DNA from: Rhodospirillaceae bacterium
Lineage (GTDB): Bacteria; Pseudomonadota; Alphaproteobacteria; SHVP01
DNA: 64,000 bases
NCBI GenBank assembly: GCA_002722055.1
Contig: PBKD01000005.1
Coordinates: forward strand, 17,852 to 81,851
Direction of reading: 5' to 3'
How positions within the stretch are numbered: position 1 is the first letter of the stretch; each line of letters starts with the position of its first letter. The notes under the pieces were generated by a model that saw nothing but the letters and a program-made list of their open reading frames with translations, had not been told where the DNA came from and searched no databases. This document shows, one piece after another, positions 1 through 9,360 of this stretch. The position numbers and the translations under genes were made by a program.

Positions 1-1
1 A

Positions 2-1153
2 GTAATTGAAACTGCAATGATAGGAGTTTTTTCAGCTTTAGATTTTTTAGTTTTTTATATTTTTTTCGAGGGTGGCTTAATTCCAATGTTTTTAATAATT
101 GGAATATGGGGCGGATCAAACAGAATATATGCTACTTTTAAGTTTTTTCTTTATACTCTAATTGGTTCATTATTGATGTTAGTTGCTGTTATTGTAATGT
201 ATTTTCAAGCAGGTACTACTGACATTCCGTCATTAATGGCTTTTAATTTTGATTTTACTCTCCAAAAGTGGTTATGGATTGCATTTTTTGCTTCTTTTGC
301 TGTAAAAATTCCCATGTGGCCGGTTCATACATGGCTTCCAGATGCACATGTAGAAGCACCTACTGCAGGTTCTGTTATTCTTGCTGCTGTTTTACTTAAA
401 ATGGGTGCTTATGGCTTTCTTCGTTTTTCTATTCCTATGCTTCCAAATGCAACAGAATATTTTACTCCTCTAGTTTTCGTTTTAAGTGTAATAGCAATAA
501 TATATGCTTCTTTTGTAGCACTAAGACAAGTAGATATGAAAAAATTAGTGGCTTATTCCTCTATTGCACATATGGGGTTTGTTACTTTAGGAATATTTAC
601 TTTTACTCAGCAAGGTATTGAGGGTGGTTTATTTCAAATGATTAGTCATGGGCTAATTTCTGGTGCATTATTTCTTTGTGTAGGTGTAATTTATGATAGA
701 ATGCACACAAGGCTTATTGATAACTATGGTGGTTTAGTTAATAGGATGCCAAAGTACGCATTTCTATTTCTATTATTCACTTTAGCAAATGTAGGTTTAC
801 CGGGCACAAGTGGTTTTATAGGTGAGTTTTTAGTTCTTGTTGGTATTTTTAAAATAAATATATGGGTTGCGGTTTTTGCAACTACTGGCGTGGTTCTAAG
901 TGCCGCATATGCATTAAGTTTATATAGAAGGGTTATCTTTGGTGACCTTATCAAACTAGAATTAAAAGAAATTCTTGATTTAAATAAAAGGGAGGTATTA
1001 ATACTTCTTCCGCTTGCCATAGCTATAATTACATTTGGTATTTATCCTGAACCGCTTTTGTCTGTGATGCATTCTTCTGTAGAAAATTTAATTTATCAAA
1101 ATTCTCTTGCATTAGATCTTACAATCAACCAAAACTTTGCTGGAAATAGGTAG
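2..1153 (+). CDS. nuoM: NADH-quinone oxidoreductase subunit M (5' partial, frame open to window edge)
   Basis: Motifs [29 protein letters not shown] and [11 protein letters not shown]; hydrophobic; directly upstream of nuoN. Confidence 0.97.
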   Translation, partial: VIETAMIGVFSALDFLVFYIFFEGGLIPMFLIIGIWGGSNRIYATFKFFLYTLIGSLLMLVAVIVMYFQAGTTDIPSLMAFNFDFTLQKWLWIAFFASFAVKIPMWPVHTWLPDAHVEAPTAGSVILAAVLLKMGAYGFLRFSIPMLPNATEYFTPLVFVLSVIAIIYASFVALRQVDMKKLVAYSSIAHMGFVTLGIFTFTQQGIEGGLFQMISHGLISGALFLCVGVIYDRMHTRLIDNYGGLVNRMPKYAFLFLLFTLANVGLPGTSGFIGEFLVLVGIFKINIWVAVFATTGVVLSAAYALSLYRRVIFGDLIKLELKEILDLNKREVLILLPLAIAIITFGIYPEPLLSVMHSSVENLIYQNSLALDLTINQNFAGNR

Positions 1154-1159
1154 GTAAAT

Positions 1160-2605
1160 ATGCAATATAATGATGTTCCAAACTTTCTTCCAGCTTTACC
1201 AGAAATATTTATGTCAGTAATCTGTATGGTATTACTTATTTTTGGTGTTTTTAAAGGTAATAAAAGTACATATCTAATTTCATGGCTTGTTATTTTAAGT
1301 TTATTTCTTACCTCTTTATTTTGTATATTAGGTCCAAAAGATGAAATAATTTTCTCAAATATTTTTATAGTAGATGACTTTTCTATTTTTTCAAAAGTTT
1401 TAATTATTATTGGTGCTATTGCCGCATTAGCAATGTCGTTAAGTTACATTAGAAACGAGGGTATGGAAAAATTTGAATACCCTATCCTGATAATGCTTTC
1501 AACCTTGGGTATGATGATGATGGTATCAGCTAATGATTTAATATCATTATATGTTGGTCTAGAGTTGCAGAGTTTAGCATTATATGTTTTGGCTGCATTT
1601 AAAAGGGATACGCTTAAATCATCAGAAGCTGGTTTAAAATATTTTGTTTTGGGTGCGCTTTCATCTGGTATGCTCCTATATGGTGCTTCTTTAATTTATG
1701 GTTTTAGTGGAACTACAAATTTTGAGACAATTCAAGCAATGTTTGACTCAAATAATGAACCTTCTTTAGGTATAATTGTTGGTATAGTTTTTATAATATC
1801 AGCAATGGCATTCAAGGTTTCAGCAGTTCCGTTTCATATGTGGACACCTGATGTATATGAAGGATCAACAACATCAGTAACAGCATTTTTATCAATGGCT
1901 CCAAAGGTGGCTGCAATGGCCTTATTTATTAGATTAGTATATGTTCCATTCTATGGCCTTGTACCAGAATGGCAACAAGTAGTTATATTAATTTCTGCTG
2001 CATCGATGGTTATTGGGTCCTTGGCAGCTATTAGGCAAACAAATATTAAACGATTGATGGCCTATAGTTCAATTGGTCACATGGGTTTTGCGCTTTTGGG
2101 ACTCTCAGCTGGAACACAACAAGGTGTTGAGAGTGTCCTTATTTATATGTTTATTTATTTATTTATGAATATTGGTGTATTTGTAGTTATTTTATCAATG
2201 AGAGTTAATGGAGTTATGGTGGAAAATATAAATGATCTCTCTGGTCTAGGAAAAAATAATCCATTTTTAGCTATTATTTTTGGAATTTTAATGTTCTCAT
2301 TAGCAGGTATACCTCCATTAGCTGGTTTTTTTGGTAAATTTTATGTCTTTCTTGCTGCTGTCGATAGTGGTTTATATATTCTTTGCGTAATTGGTGTGAT
2401 TTCTAGTGTGATAGGTGCTTTTTATTACCTAAGAATTGTAAAAATAATGTATTTTGATGATCCTGTGGATATATTTGAGAAACCTAATAGTGCTTCTATG
2501 ATTTCTTTATTAAGTATCAGCGGTATTTTTACAATATTTTTTATAGTTGCTCCAACACCTTTAATTTCATGGGCACATCATGCCGCGTCATCAATTATTC
2601 AGTGA
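1160..2605 (+). CDS. nuoN: NADH-quinone oxidoreductase subunit N
   Basis: Motifs GLELQSLALYVL, EAGLKYFVLGALSSG and FKVSAVPFHMWTPDVYEG. Confidence 0.97.
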   Translation: MQYNDVPNFLPALPEIFMSVICMVLLIFGVFKGNKSTYLISWLVILSLFLTSLFCILGPKDEIIFSNIFIVDDFSIFSKVLIIIGAIAALAMSLSYIRNEGMEKFEYPILIMLSTLGMMMMVSANDLISLYVGLELQSLALYVLAAFKRDTLKSSEAGLKYFVLGALSSGMLLYGASLIYGFSGTTNFETIQAMFDSNNEPSLGIIVGIVFIISAMAFKVSAVPFHMWTPDVYEGSTTSVTAFLSMAPKVAAMALFIRLVYVPFYGLVPEWQQVVILISAASMVIGSLAAIRQTNIKRLMAYSSIGHMGFALLGLSAGTQQGVESVLIYMFIYLFMNIGVFVVILSMRVNGVMVENINDLSGLGKNNPFLAIIFGILMFSLAGIPPLAGFFGKFYVFLAAVDSGLYILCVIGVISSVIGAFYYLRIVKIMYFDDPVDIFEKPNSASMISLLSISGIFTIFFIVAPTPLISWAHHAASSIIQ

Positions 2606-3354
2606 ATAAAATTCAAGGTTTAAGTTCCTTCTTTTCGTACTATAGGTATGATTTTGTAGGGAGTACTAATGAAATTATTAAAGATTTAGCTTTTAAATCC
2701 TTTCCTGAAGGAACTCTAGTTCATGCAATTAGTCAAGATAATGGTAAAGGAAGATCTGGTAAATTATGGGAGTCACAAAAAGGGAATTTATTTTGTTCAA
2801 TTCTATTAAGGCCTAGTGTTTTGAAACAGGAAGTTTCTCAATTATCATTTGTATCTTCCTTAGCTGTAAAGCAGGCATTATCAAATATTACACAAGATAA
2901 AAAAAATTTTTTGATTAAATGGCCAAATGATATTCTTTTTCATGAAAAAAAAATTTCTGGTATTTTATTAGAAACCTCACCTTCATTAAATAGTAATTTA
3001 GTTGATTGGGTCGTTATAGGAATAGGAATCAATATAAAAAATTTTCCTAAAAATTTAAATCATGTTACATCTCTTTATGAATATGGTTATTTTTGTGAAA
3101 TAGTTGATGTAATTAAAGAAGTTGGAAATGCATTGGAACAGTTTTATAATGTTTGGCTAATAGAAGGGTTTGAGAAAATAAAAAAAATTTGGTTAAGGAA
3201 TTGTTACCCTATAGGAAAAAGAATTTCTGTGACAGTAAATAATAAAAAATTATATGGAAAATTTGAAGGTATAACTAAAGATGGATCCTTAATAATGAAA
3301 TTACTTGATAACTCTACTAAAGTAATTTCTGGTGGTGAGGTCGAAATAATTTGA
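2602..3354 (+). CDS. birA: Biotin--[acetyl-CoA-carboxylase] ligase (no N-terminal HTH)
   Basis: Motifs STN, QDNGKGRSGKLW, KWPND and KKISGILLE; GTG at 2602 overlaps the nuoN stop (GTGA) and is preferred to the ORF-track start at 2569. Confidence 0.93.
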   Translation: MNKIQGLSSFFSYYRYDFVGSTNEIIKDLAFKSFPEGTLVHAISQDNGKGRSGKLWESQKGNLFCSILLRPSVLKQEVSQLSFVSSLAVKQALSNITQDKKNFLIKWPNDILFHEKKISGILLETSPSLNSNLVDWVVIGIGINIKNFPKNLNHVTSLYEYGYFCEIVDVIKEVGNALEQFYNVWLIEGFEKIKKIWLRNCYPIGKRISVTVNNKKLYGKFEGITKDGSLIMKLLDNSTKVISGGEVEII

Positions 3355-3370
3355 TTGAAGTGGTAAATTA

Positions 3371-4993
3371 ATGAAATTTAATGAAGATATTTTATATTTT
3401 GTTCCATTAGGCGGTTCAAATGAAATAGGAATGAATTTGAATTTATATGGTTATAATAATCAATGGATTATTGTAGATATGGGAATAATGTTTGCTGGTG
3501 ATGATTACCCTGGTGTTGATATTGTAATACCTAATACTGAATTTATTGACTCAATTATTGAAAATATTAAAGCTATATTTATTACTCATGCACATGAAGA
3601 TCATATCGGAGGAGTCCCTTATTTATTTGAAAAATTTAATTGCCCCATATATTTAACTAATTTTGCAAAAAAATTATTAGAAACTAAAATAAGAAATACA
3701 GAATGTGAAGAAGGTATATTCTTAAAAAAGGTTGAGTATTTAAAGCCAGTAAATATAGGCCATTTTGAAGTTATATATGGAAATATTACTCATTCTATTC
3801 CTGAATCTAGTATCCTATCAATATCTGTTGGTAATAAAACAGTTGTCCACTCTGGAGACTGGAAAATAGATAAAAATCCATTGATTGGAAATAAAACTGA
3901 TATAAAATTTTTAAAAAACCTATCAAAAAAGGGAGTTGATGTCCTTATCTGTGACTCAACAAATGTTTTTAATAAAAATTTATCAGGTTCTGAAAACGAT
4001 GTTAGAAAAAATCTTTTAAAAATAATCAAATCATCTTCATCTAAAAGGATTTTTATAACAACTTTTGCTTCAAATATTGCTAGACTTTCTTCATTTATTT
4101 TTATTGCTGAAAAACTTAATATAAATATATGTTTTATTGGGGGATCTTTAAATAGATCTCTTGAAATAGCTAAATCTTGTGGATATTTACAAAGTTCTAG
4201 TAATTATGTGAATGGAAGTGAAATATCTAATGATAAAAAAACAATTATTGTTTGTACTGGCTGTCAAGGTGAGCCAAGAGCAGTTTTAAGCAGAATTGCT
4301 AATGATGATCACCAAATTAAAATTAATAAAGATGATTTATTAATTTTTTCTTCAAAAATAATTCCTGGTAATGAAAAAAAAATTGGAGGGGTTATAAATA
4401 AAATTACAAGATTAGGTGTGGAAATAATTACAGAAAAAGATGAATTAGTTCATGTTTCTGGCCACCCAGGAAGAGAGGAGTTGGAGTATTTATATGAAAT
4501 CTTAAAACCAAAATCTCTAATTCCAGTTCATGGTGAAGCGAGACATATTCTTGAACATGTAAATTATGCTAAACAAAAAGGAATAAATAATCAAATTTTA
4601 ATTAATAACGGTAATCTTGTTAACTTATCAAAAGTTCCTATTTCTATAGAATGTAATGTCCCTTCTGGAAAATTACTGATTGATAGTAATATAAAAATTT
4701 CACCGGAAAGTGACGTAATTAAAGAAAGAATAAGAATAAAAGAGAATGGTGTTGTTTTTATAGTTTTAATTATATTTAATAATGAATTGTATAATATAAA
4801 TATTTCTTCAATTGGTGTATTGGATAATTATATGGAATTTGAAGATCAATTAATTAATGAAATTAAAAAAAACTATAAAATGAAACTAATTGATAAAACA
4901 AAATATGAGTTAATTGTAAGACAGTGTGTAAATAGAATTTTAAAAAAATTATCAGATAAAAGGCCAAAAGTAATTATTAAATATGTTGATTAA
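3371..4993 (+). CDS. rnj: Ribonuclease J
   Basis: Motifs PLGGSNEIGMN, THAHEDHIG, GCQGEP, HVSGH and PVHGE. Confidence 0.95.
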   Translation: MKFNEDILYFVPLGGSNEIGMNLNLYGYNNQWIIVDMGIMFAGDDYPGVDIVIPNTEFIDSIIENIKAIFITHAHEDHIGGVPYLFEKFNCPIYLTNFAKKLLETKIRNTECEEGIFLKKVEYLKPVNIGHFEVIYGNITHSIPESSILSISVGNKTVVHSGDWKIDKNPLIGNKTDIKFLKNLSKKGVDVLICDSTNVFNKNLSGSENDVRKNLLKIIKSSSSKRIFITTFASNIARLSSFIFIAEKLNINICFIGGSLNRSLEIAKSCGYLQSSSNYVNGSEISNDKKTIIVCTGCQGEPRAVLSRIANDDHQIKINKDDLLIFSSKIIPGNEKKIGGVINKITRLGVEIITEKDELVHVSGHPGREELEYLYEILKPKSLIPVHGEARHILEHVNYAKQKGINNQILINNGNLVNLSKVPISIECNVPSGKLLIDSNIKISPESDVIKERIRIKENGVVFIVLIIFNNELYNINISSIGVLDNYMEFEDQLINEIKKNYKMKLIDKTKYELIVRQCVNRILKKLSDKRPKVIIKYVD

Positions 4994-5032
4994 AGTAATA
5001 ATTAAATAATTAAATTTTTTTAAGGAATTACA

Positions 5033-5437
5033 ATGATAGGAAAGTTAAATCATGTTGCCATAGTTGTACCGAATCTAAATGAAGCAAAATTTAAATACAA
5101 AGATATTCTTGGTGCAACAGTTTCTGATATAGAGCACCTTGAGGTTCATGGTGTTTCTATAATATTTGTTAATTTAGGAAATACTAAAATTGAGTTAATG
5201 CATCCATTAGGGGAAAATTCTCCAATAAAAAAGTTTTTAGAAAAAAACCCAAATGGTGCAATACATCATGTATGCTATGAAGTAAAAAGTATTAAAAACT
5301 CTATAAGTTTACTTAAAGAAAAAGGTATTGAAATAATTGGAGACGGATCACCATCTATTGGTGCACATGGTAAACCTGTTATTTTTTTAAAACCTAAACA
5401 GTTTGATGGAACTCTTATTGAACTAGAAGAGGTTTGA
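5033..5437 (+). CDS. mce: Methylmalonyl-CoA epimerase
   Basis: Motifs LNHVAIVVP, KIELMHP, IHHVCYEV, GAHGKPVIFL and GTLIELEE; usual position after rnj. Confidence 0.93.
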   Translation: MIGKLNHVAIVVPNLNEAKFKYKDILGATVSDIEHLEVHGVSIIFVNLGNTKIELMHPLGENSPIKKFLEKNPNGAIHHVCYEVKSIKNSISLLKEKGIEIIGDGSPSIGAHGKPVIFLKPKQFDGTLIELEEV

Positions 5438-5442
5438 AGTTA

Positions 5443-5676
5443 ATGAATTTTTTGACAAGCTTAGCAGTTTACTTTGTTATTTGGTGGATAAGTCTATTTA
5501 TTGTATTGCCATGGGGAAACAGACCAGATGAAACTGTTATTTTGGGAAATGAAAAAAGTGCACCAGCCAAGCCAAGAATTATAATTAAATTTTTAATTAC
5601 AACAGTTTTAGCAGGGTTTATTTGGTTTTGCCTTTGGCTAATTATTTATTTTAAAATTTTTTCAATTACAGAATAA
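5443..5676 (+). CDS. DUF1467 family small membrane protein
   Basis: YFVIWWISLFIVLPWG...SAPAKP pattern with two hydrophobic helices; usual position after mce; start is ATG 5443 or TTG 5434. Confidence 0.85.
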   Translation: MNFLTSLAVYFVIWWISLFIVLPWGNRPDETVILGNEKSAPAKPRIIIKFLITTVLAGFIWFCLWLIIYFKIFSITE

Positions 5677-5705
5677 AAAAAAAGCAGGGTTTTGACCCTG
5701 CTTTT
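5675..5705. terminator. Bidirectional intrinsic terminator (stronger on minus strand)
   Basis: A9-GCAGGGT-TTTG-ACCCTGC-TTTT: perfect GC-rich stem, with 9 U on the minus strand and 4 U on the plus strand. Confidence 0.85.
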
Positions 5706-5797
5706 AAGTCGCGCTCAAATTCAATGAACAAGCGCGTAGAGACTAGGTTATTTCCTCCCTAAACTTGGGCTAATGCCTAGCCATAATCAGCCTAAGA
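5675..5797 (-). ncRNA. Putative small RNA, alpha-r9 (Smr9C)-like by position, carrying AGGGAGGAAA
   Basis: GC-richer structured island in an AT-rich spacer; stems CGCGCT/AGCGCG (5710-5736) and CTAGG/CCTAG (5743-5780); minus-strand terminator and candidate promoter; DUF1467-proS position recalled for rhizobial alpha-r9. Confidence 0.65.
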
Positions 5798-5802
5798 GTT
5801 AA

Positions 5803-5831
5803 ATAATATAATATTATTGGTTTTCAGTCAC
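5803..5831 (-). promoter_or_regulatory. Candidate sigma70 promoter of the sRNA
   Basis: Minus strand GTGACT (5831-5826), 17 bp spacer, TATTAT (5808-5803). Confidence 0.45.
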
Positions 5832-5855
5832 TATTTAAGTCGTATTTTTTAAACT

Positions 5856-5864
5856 TTATCCACA
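5856..5864 (+). promoter_or_regulatory. Single consensus DnaA box
   Basis: TTATCCACA exact match in the intergenic region; function untested. Confidence 0.35.
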
Positions 5865-6032
5865 ATTTTTTATATTTTATTGGTAAAAGTGCCACCTTTA
5901 TAGTGCTTGTTTATATAGGGTTAATATATTAATTATTCTAGTATATTTAATTAGGTTAGGATTTATTGTAAATTTTATACATGCTATAAAATTTTTAATT
6001 CAATAATGTATTTTTCACTTTTTTTTACTAAT

Positions 6033-6059
6033 TTGACCAGACTAAATTATTGTTATGAT
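6033..6059 (+). promoter_or_regulatory. Candidate proS promoter
   Basis: TTGACC at 6033 and extended -10 TG-T-TATGAT at 6051-6059; SD-like AAGGT before the ATG. Confidence 0.4.
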
Positions 6060-6083
6060 ATGAAATATTAAGGTAACTGATTC

Positions 6084-7415
6084 ATGAAAATCTCACAATT
6101 TTTTTTACCAACCTTAAAGGAAGCCCCGTCAGAAGCTCAAGTAATATCTCATCAACTTATGTTACGTTCAGGAATGATAAAACAGTCCTCAGCAGGAATA
6201 TATTCATGGCTACCTTTAGGATTTAAAGTTTTAAAAAAAATTGAAGAAATTATTAGATGTGAGCAAGATTATATTGGAGGACAAGAAATATTAATGCCTA
6301 CTATACAGCCAGCTGACCTTTGGATTGAAAGTGGAAGGTATGAAGATTACGGACAAGAAATGCTTCGTATAAAAGATAGATCAAATAGAGATTTATTGTA
6401 CGGACCTACAAATGAAGAACTCATAACTGATATATTTAGAACCCATTTAAAAAGTTATAAAGATCTGCCATTGTTACTCTATCATATACAATGGAAGTTT
6501 AGAGATGAGCTTAGACCAAGGTATGGGGTAATGAGAGGCAGAGAGTTTCTGATGAAGGATTCCTACTCCTTTGATTTAGATATGAACCAATCACGTTTAA
6601 CATATCAAAAAAATTTTTTATCCTATTTAAGAATTTTTTCTAAATTAGGACTTAAAGCTGTTCCTGTAAAAGCAAACCCTGGACCCATAGGTGGTGATTT
6701 GAGTCATGAATTTGTTATTTTAGCTCCTAATGGTGAAAGTGATATTTTTTTTGATAAAAAATTATTAGAGTTTGAATCTATTTCTAAAGATATTTTTTTA
6801 GACAAGAATTTAGTCGAAAAAGAATATAATAAATGGGCAAAATGTTACGCGGTAACTGATGATATTCATAACGAGAAAGAGTATAATAAACTTACAACTC
6901 CAGAAAATAGAGTAAATAGTAGAGCGATAGAAGTGGGTCATGTGTTTTATTTTGGCACAAAGTATTCTAAATCTATGGGAGCAAATTTAATAAATAATAA
7001 AGGTGAACAGTTGCCCGTTCATATGGGATCCTATGGAATAGGTGTTTCAAGATTAGTAGGTGCAATTATTGAATATTCTCATGACGATAAAGGTATTATA
7101 TGGCCAGAAAATGTTGCACCATTTTCTGTGGGAATTTTAAATCTTAAAAAAGGTGACGAATATTGTGATAAAATGAGTGAATTAGTATACCAAAACTTAC
7201 TAATAGCTGGTTTAGAGGTCCTTTACGATGATACATCAGAAAGAGCAGGATCTAAATTTGCAAATATGGACTTAATTGGATTACCATATCAAGTTTTTAT
7301 AGGATCAAAAAGTAAGGATAATGGTTTATTTGAAATTAAAGAAAGAGCAACAAATAAAAGATATTTTTTAAAATTAGAGAGTTTAATCAATCACCTGACA
7401 GAAAAATTTAATTAA
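6084..7415 (+). CDS. proS: Proline--tRNA ligase (short alphaproteobacterial type, no editing insertion)
   Basis: Motifs GPTNEE, KFRDELRPRYGVMRGREFLMKDSYSF and MGSYGIGVSRL; 443 aa. Confidence 0.97.
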   Translation: MKISQFFLPTLKEAPSEAQVISHQLMLRSGMIKQSSAGIYSWLPLGFKVLKKIEEIIRCEQDYIGGQEILMPTIQPADLWIESGRYEDYGQEMLRIKDRSNRDLLYGPTNEELITDIFRTHLKSYKDLPLLLYHIQWKFRDELRPRYGVMRGREFLMKDSYSFDLDMNQSRLTYQKNFLSYLRIFSKLGLKAVPVKANPGPIGGDLSHEFVILAPNGESDIFFDKKLLEFESISKDIFLDKNLVEKEYNKWAKCYAVTDDIHNEKEYNKLTTPENRVNSRAIEVGHVFYFGTKYSKSMGANLINNKGEQLPVHMGSYGIGVSRLVGAIIEYSHDDKGIIWPENVAPFSVGILNLKKGDEYCDKMSELVYQNLLIAGLEVLYDDTSERAGSKFANMDLIGLPYQVFIGSKSKDNGLFEIKERATNKRYFLKLESLINHLTEKFN

Positions 7416-7418
7416 TTT

Positions 7419-8660
7419 ATGATAAGACAATTAGAATTTTTTATCTCTTTTCGTTATCTCAAGTCGAGGCGAAGGGAGAATTTTATATCTATAGTATCCG
7501 CTTTTTCATTTTTTGGAATTACTATTGGAGTAGCGGCATTAATAGTAGTTCTAGCTGTGCAAAATGGTTTTAGGCAAGAATTATTTAGTAGAGTATTAGG
7601 AATAAATCCACATGTGATTATTACAAGCAATGAAGGTTCTATAAAAAATTATAAAAATTTATCTGAAAATATTTCTTTGATTAAGGGCATTAAATCTGTA
7701 TTTCCTATAATTGACTCCCAGGTAATGGTTAAATCAAATAAGAAAGTAGCTGGAGCACTTGTAAGAGGTATAACTTATGATGATATAATAAAAGTTGAAA
7801 TTCTAAATAAGAATTTAATATTAGGCAATTTCAATTCTATTAAATTAAATGAAATAATTATTGGATATAGATTAGCAAGATTACTTGATATTAAATTAGG
7901 AGATAATGTAACAATTTTAACAAGCTCAGTTACTTCTACAGCAATAGGAAGTATTCCAAGGTCAAAATCGTACGTAGTTGGTGGGATATTTAATATAGGA
8001 ATGTATGAGTATGATTCAACTTATATATTTTTAAATCTAAAAAATACTATGAAGCTTTTTAATTATGATGAATCAGTTGGTTTTATTGATATTAGATTAA
8101 ATAATCCAGATGACGCTAATGTTATTAGTCAGCAGATTAATTTAATTTTGCCTAATAACTATGAGATGATAGATTGGAAACAATTGAATTCTAGTTATGT
8201 TAATGCTCTTAAGACTGAAAAAAATGTTATGTTTTTAATCCTTACTTTAATTATACTGGTTGCAGCATTTAATATAGTATCTGGCTTAGTAATGCTAGTT
8301 AAAGAAAAAAGCAGAGATATTGCTATACTAAGAACGTTAGGTGCAAGTAAATTTACAGTAATGAAAATTTTTTTTCTATCTGGTACTACTATAGGTATAG
8401 CAGGTACCTCTTTTGGATCAATTATTGGTGTTCTATTCGCAAAAAATATATCTTCCATTCAATCATTCTTAGAAAAATTTACTGGAAACAATCTATTTGC
8501 TGCTGAAGTTTATTTTTTATCACAGTTACCAGCAAAAATAATTTTAGCTGATGTAATTTCTGTTATTTGTTTGAGTTTGTTTTTATCCATTTTAGCTACT
8601 ATTTACCCTTCATGGAAGGCTTCAAGACTAGAACCTGTAGAAGTATTAAGATATGAATAA
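7419..8660 (+). CDS. lolE: Lipoprotein-releasing ABC transporter permease LolC/E
   Basis: Motifs GVAALIVVLAVQNGF, VAAFNIVSGLVMLVKEKSRDIAILRTLG and P.EVLRYE end. Confidence 0.93.
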   Translation: MIRQLEFFISFRYLKSRRRENFISIVSAFSFFGITIGVAALIVVLAVQNGFRQELFSRVLGINPHVIITSNEGSIKNYKNLSENISLIKGIKSVFPIIDSQVMVKSNKKVAGALVRGITYDDIIKVEILNKNLILGNFNSIKLNEIIIGYRLARLLDIKLGDNVTILTSSVTSTAIGSIPRSKSYVVGGIFNIGMYEYDSTYIFLNLKNTMKLFNYDESVGFIDIRLNNPDDANVISQQINLILPNNYEMIDWKQLNSSYVNALKTEKNVMFLILTLIILVAAFNIVSGLVMLVKEKSRDIAILRTLGASKFTVMKIFFLSGTTIGIAGTSFGSIIGVLFAKNISSIQSFLEKFTGNNLFAAEVYFLSQLPAKIILADVISVICLSLFLSILATIYPSWKASRLEPVEVLRYE

Positions 8661-8680
8661 CCAAAATATGAATAACCAAA
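8651..8680 (+). repeat. Perfect 15-bp tandem duplication at the lolD start
   Basis: ATATGAATAACCAAA x2, giving MNNQN-MNNQT. Confidence 0.9.
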
Positions 8681-9345
8681 CTATTTCAATTAATGCTTTA
8701 TCAAAAAGTTATAAAATTGGGAGTAAAAAAATAGATGTATTAAAAAATCTAGATATTAAAATTAATAAGGGAGAAATTGTTGCAGTAATGGGGCCTTCAG
8801 GTTCAGGCAAGTCTACCCTTTTGCATTTAATTGGAATATTAGATAGACCAGATAGTGGTAATATCAATCTATTTGGAAAAACAATTAATGATATGAGTGA
8901 GGTACAAAAATCTAGGTTTAGATTAAAAAATATTGGTTTTGTATATCAATTTCATAACTTAATGTTTGATTTTACTGCTCTTGAAAATACGATGATCCCT
9001 CAGATGATAGCGGGATTTTCTAAAAAAAAATCAAAAAAAGAATCATTACGTATATTAGATAACTTAGGTCTTAAGAATAGGACAAATCATAAACCATCAG
9101 AAATGTCTGGTGGAGAGCAGCAGCGTTGTGCATTTGCGAGAGCAATAATTAATCAACCAAATCTACTTATTGCAGACGAACCTACTGGTAATTTAGACCA
9201 GAAGACAGCAGAAAATGTTTTTAAAATAATTAAAGAAATAATTTATGAAAAAAAATTAACGGCTATAATTGCTACGCATAGTGAATACATAAGTAATCAA
9301 GTTGATAGAGTAATTAAATTAGTAAATGGATCAATATATGAATAA
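8653..9345 (+). CDS. lolD: Lipoprotein-releasing ABC transporter ATP-binding protein
   Basis: Walker A GPSGSGKST, GFVYQFHNL LolD motif, MSGGEQQR and ADEPTGNLD. Confidence 0.95.
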   Translation: MNNQNMNNQTISINALSKSYKIGSKKIDVLKNLDIKINKGEIVAVMGPSGSGKSTLLHLIGILDRPDSGNINLFGKTINDMSEVQKSRFRLKNIGFVYQFHNLMFDFTALENTMIPQMIAGFSKKKSKKESLRILDNLGLKNRTNHKPSEMSGGEQQRCAFARAIINQPNLLIADEPTGNLDQKTAENVFKIIKEIIYEKKLTAIIATHSEYISNQVDRVIKLVNGSIYE

Positions 9346-9360
9346 CAAAGATATTATATA

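Noticed and set aside
5886-5900. TGGCAC on the minus strand as a sigma54 -24 element
   Set aside because: The required TTGC -12 element five bases downstream is absent (the sequence reads CCAA).
5677-6083. Possible replication origin (AT-rich spacer with a DnaA box)
   Set aside because: Only one DnaA box is present, and the flanking genes are not origin-associated.
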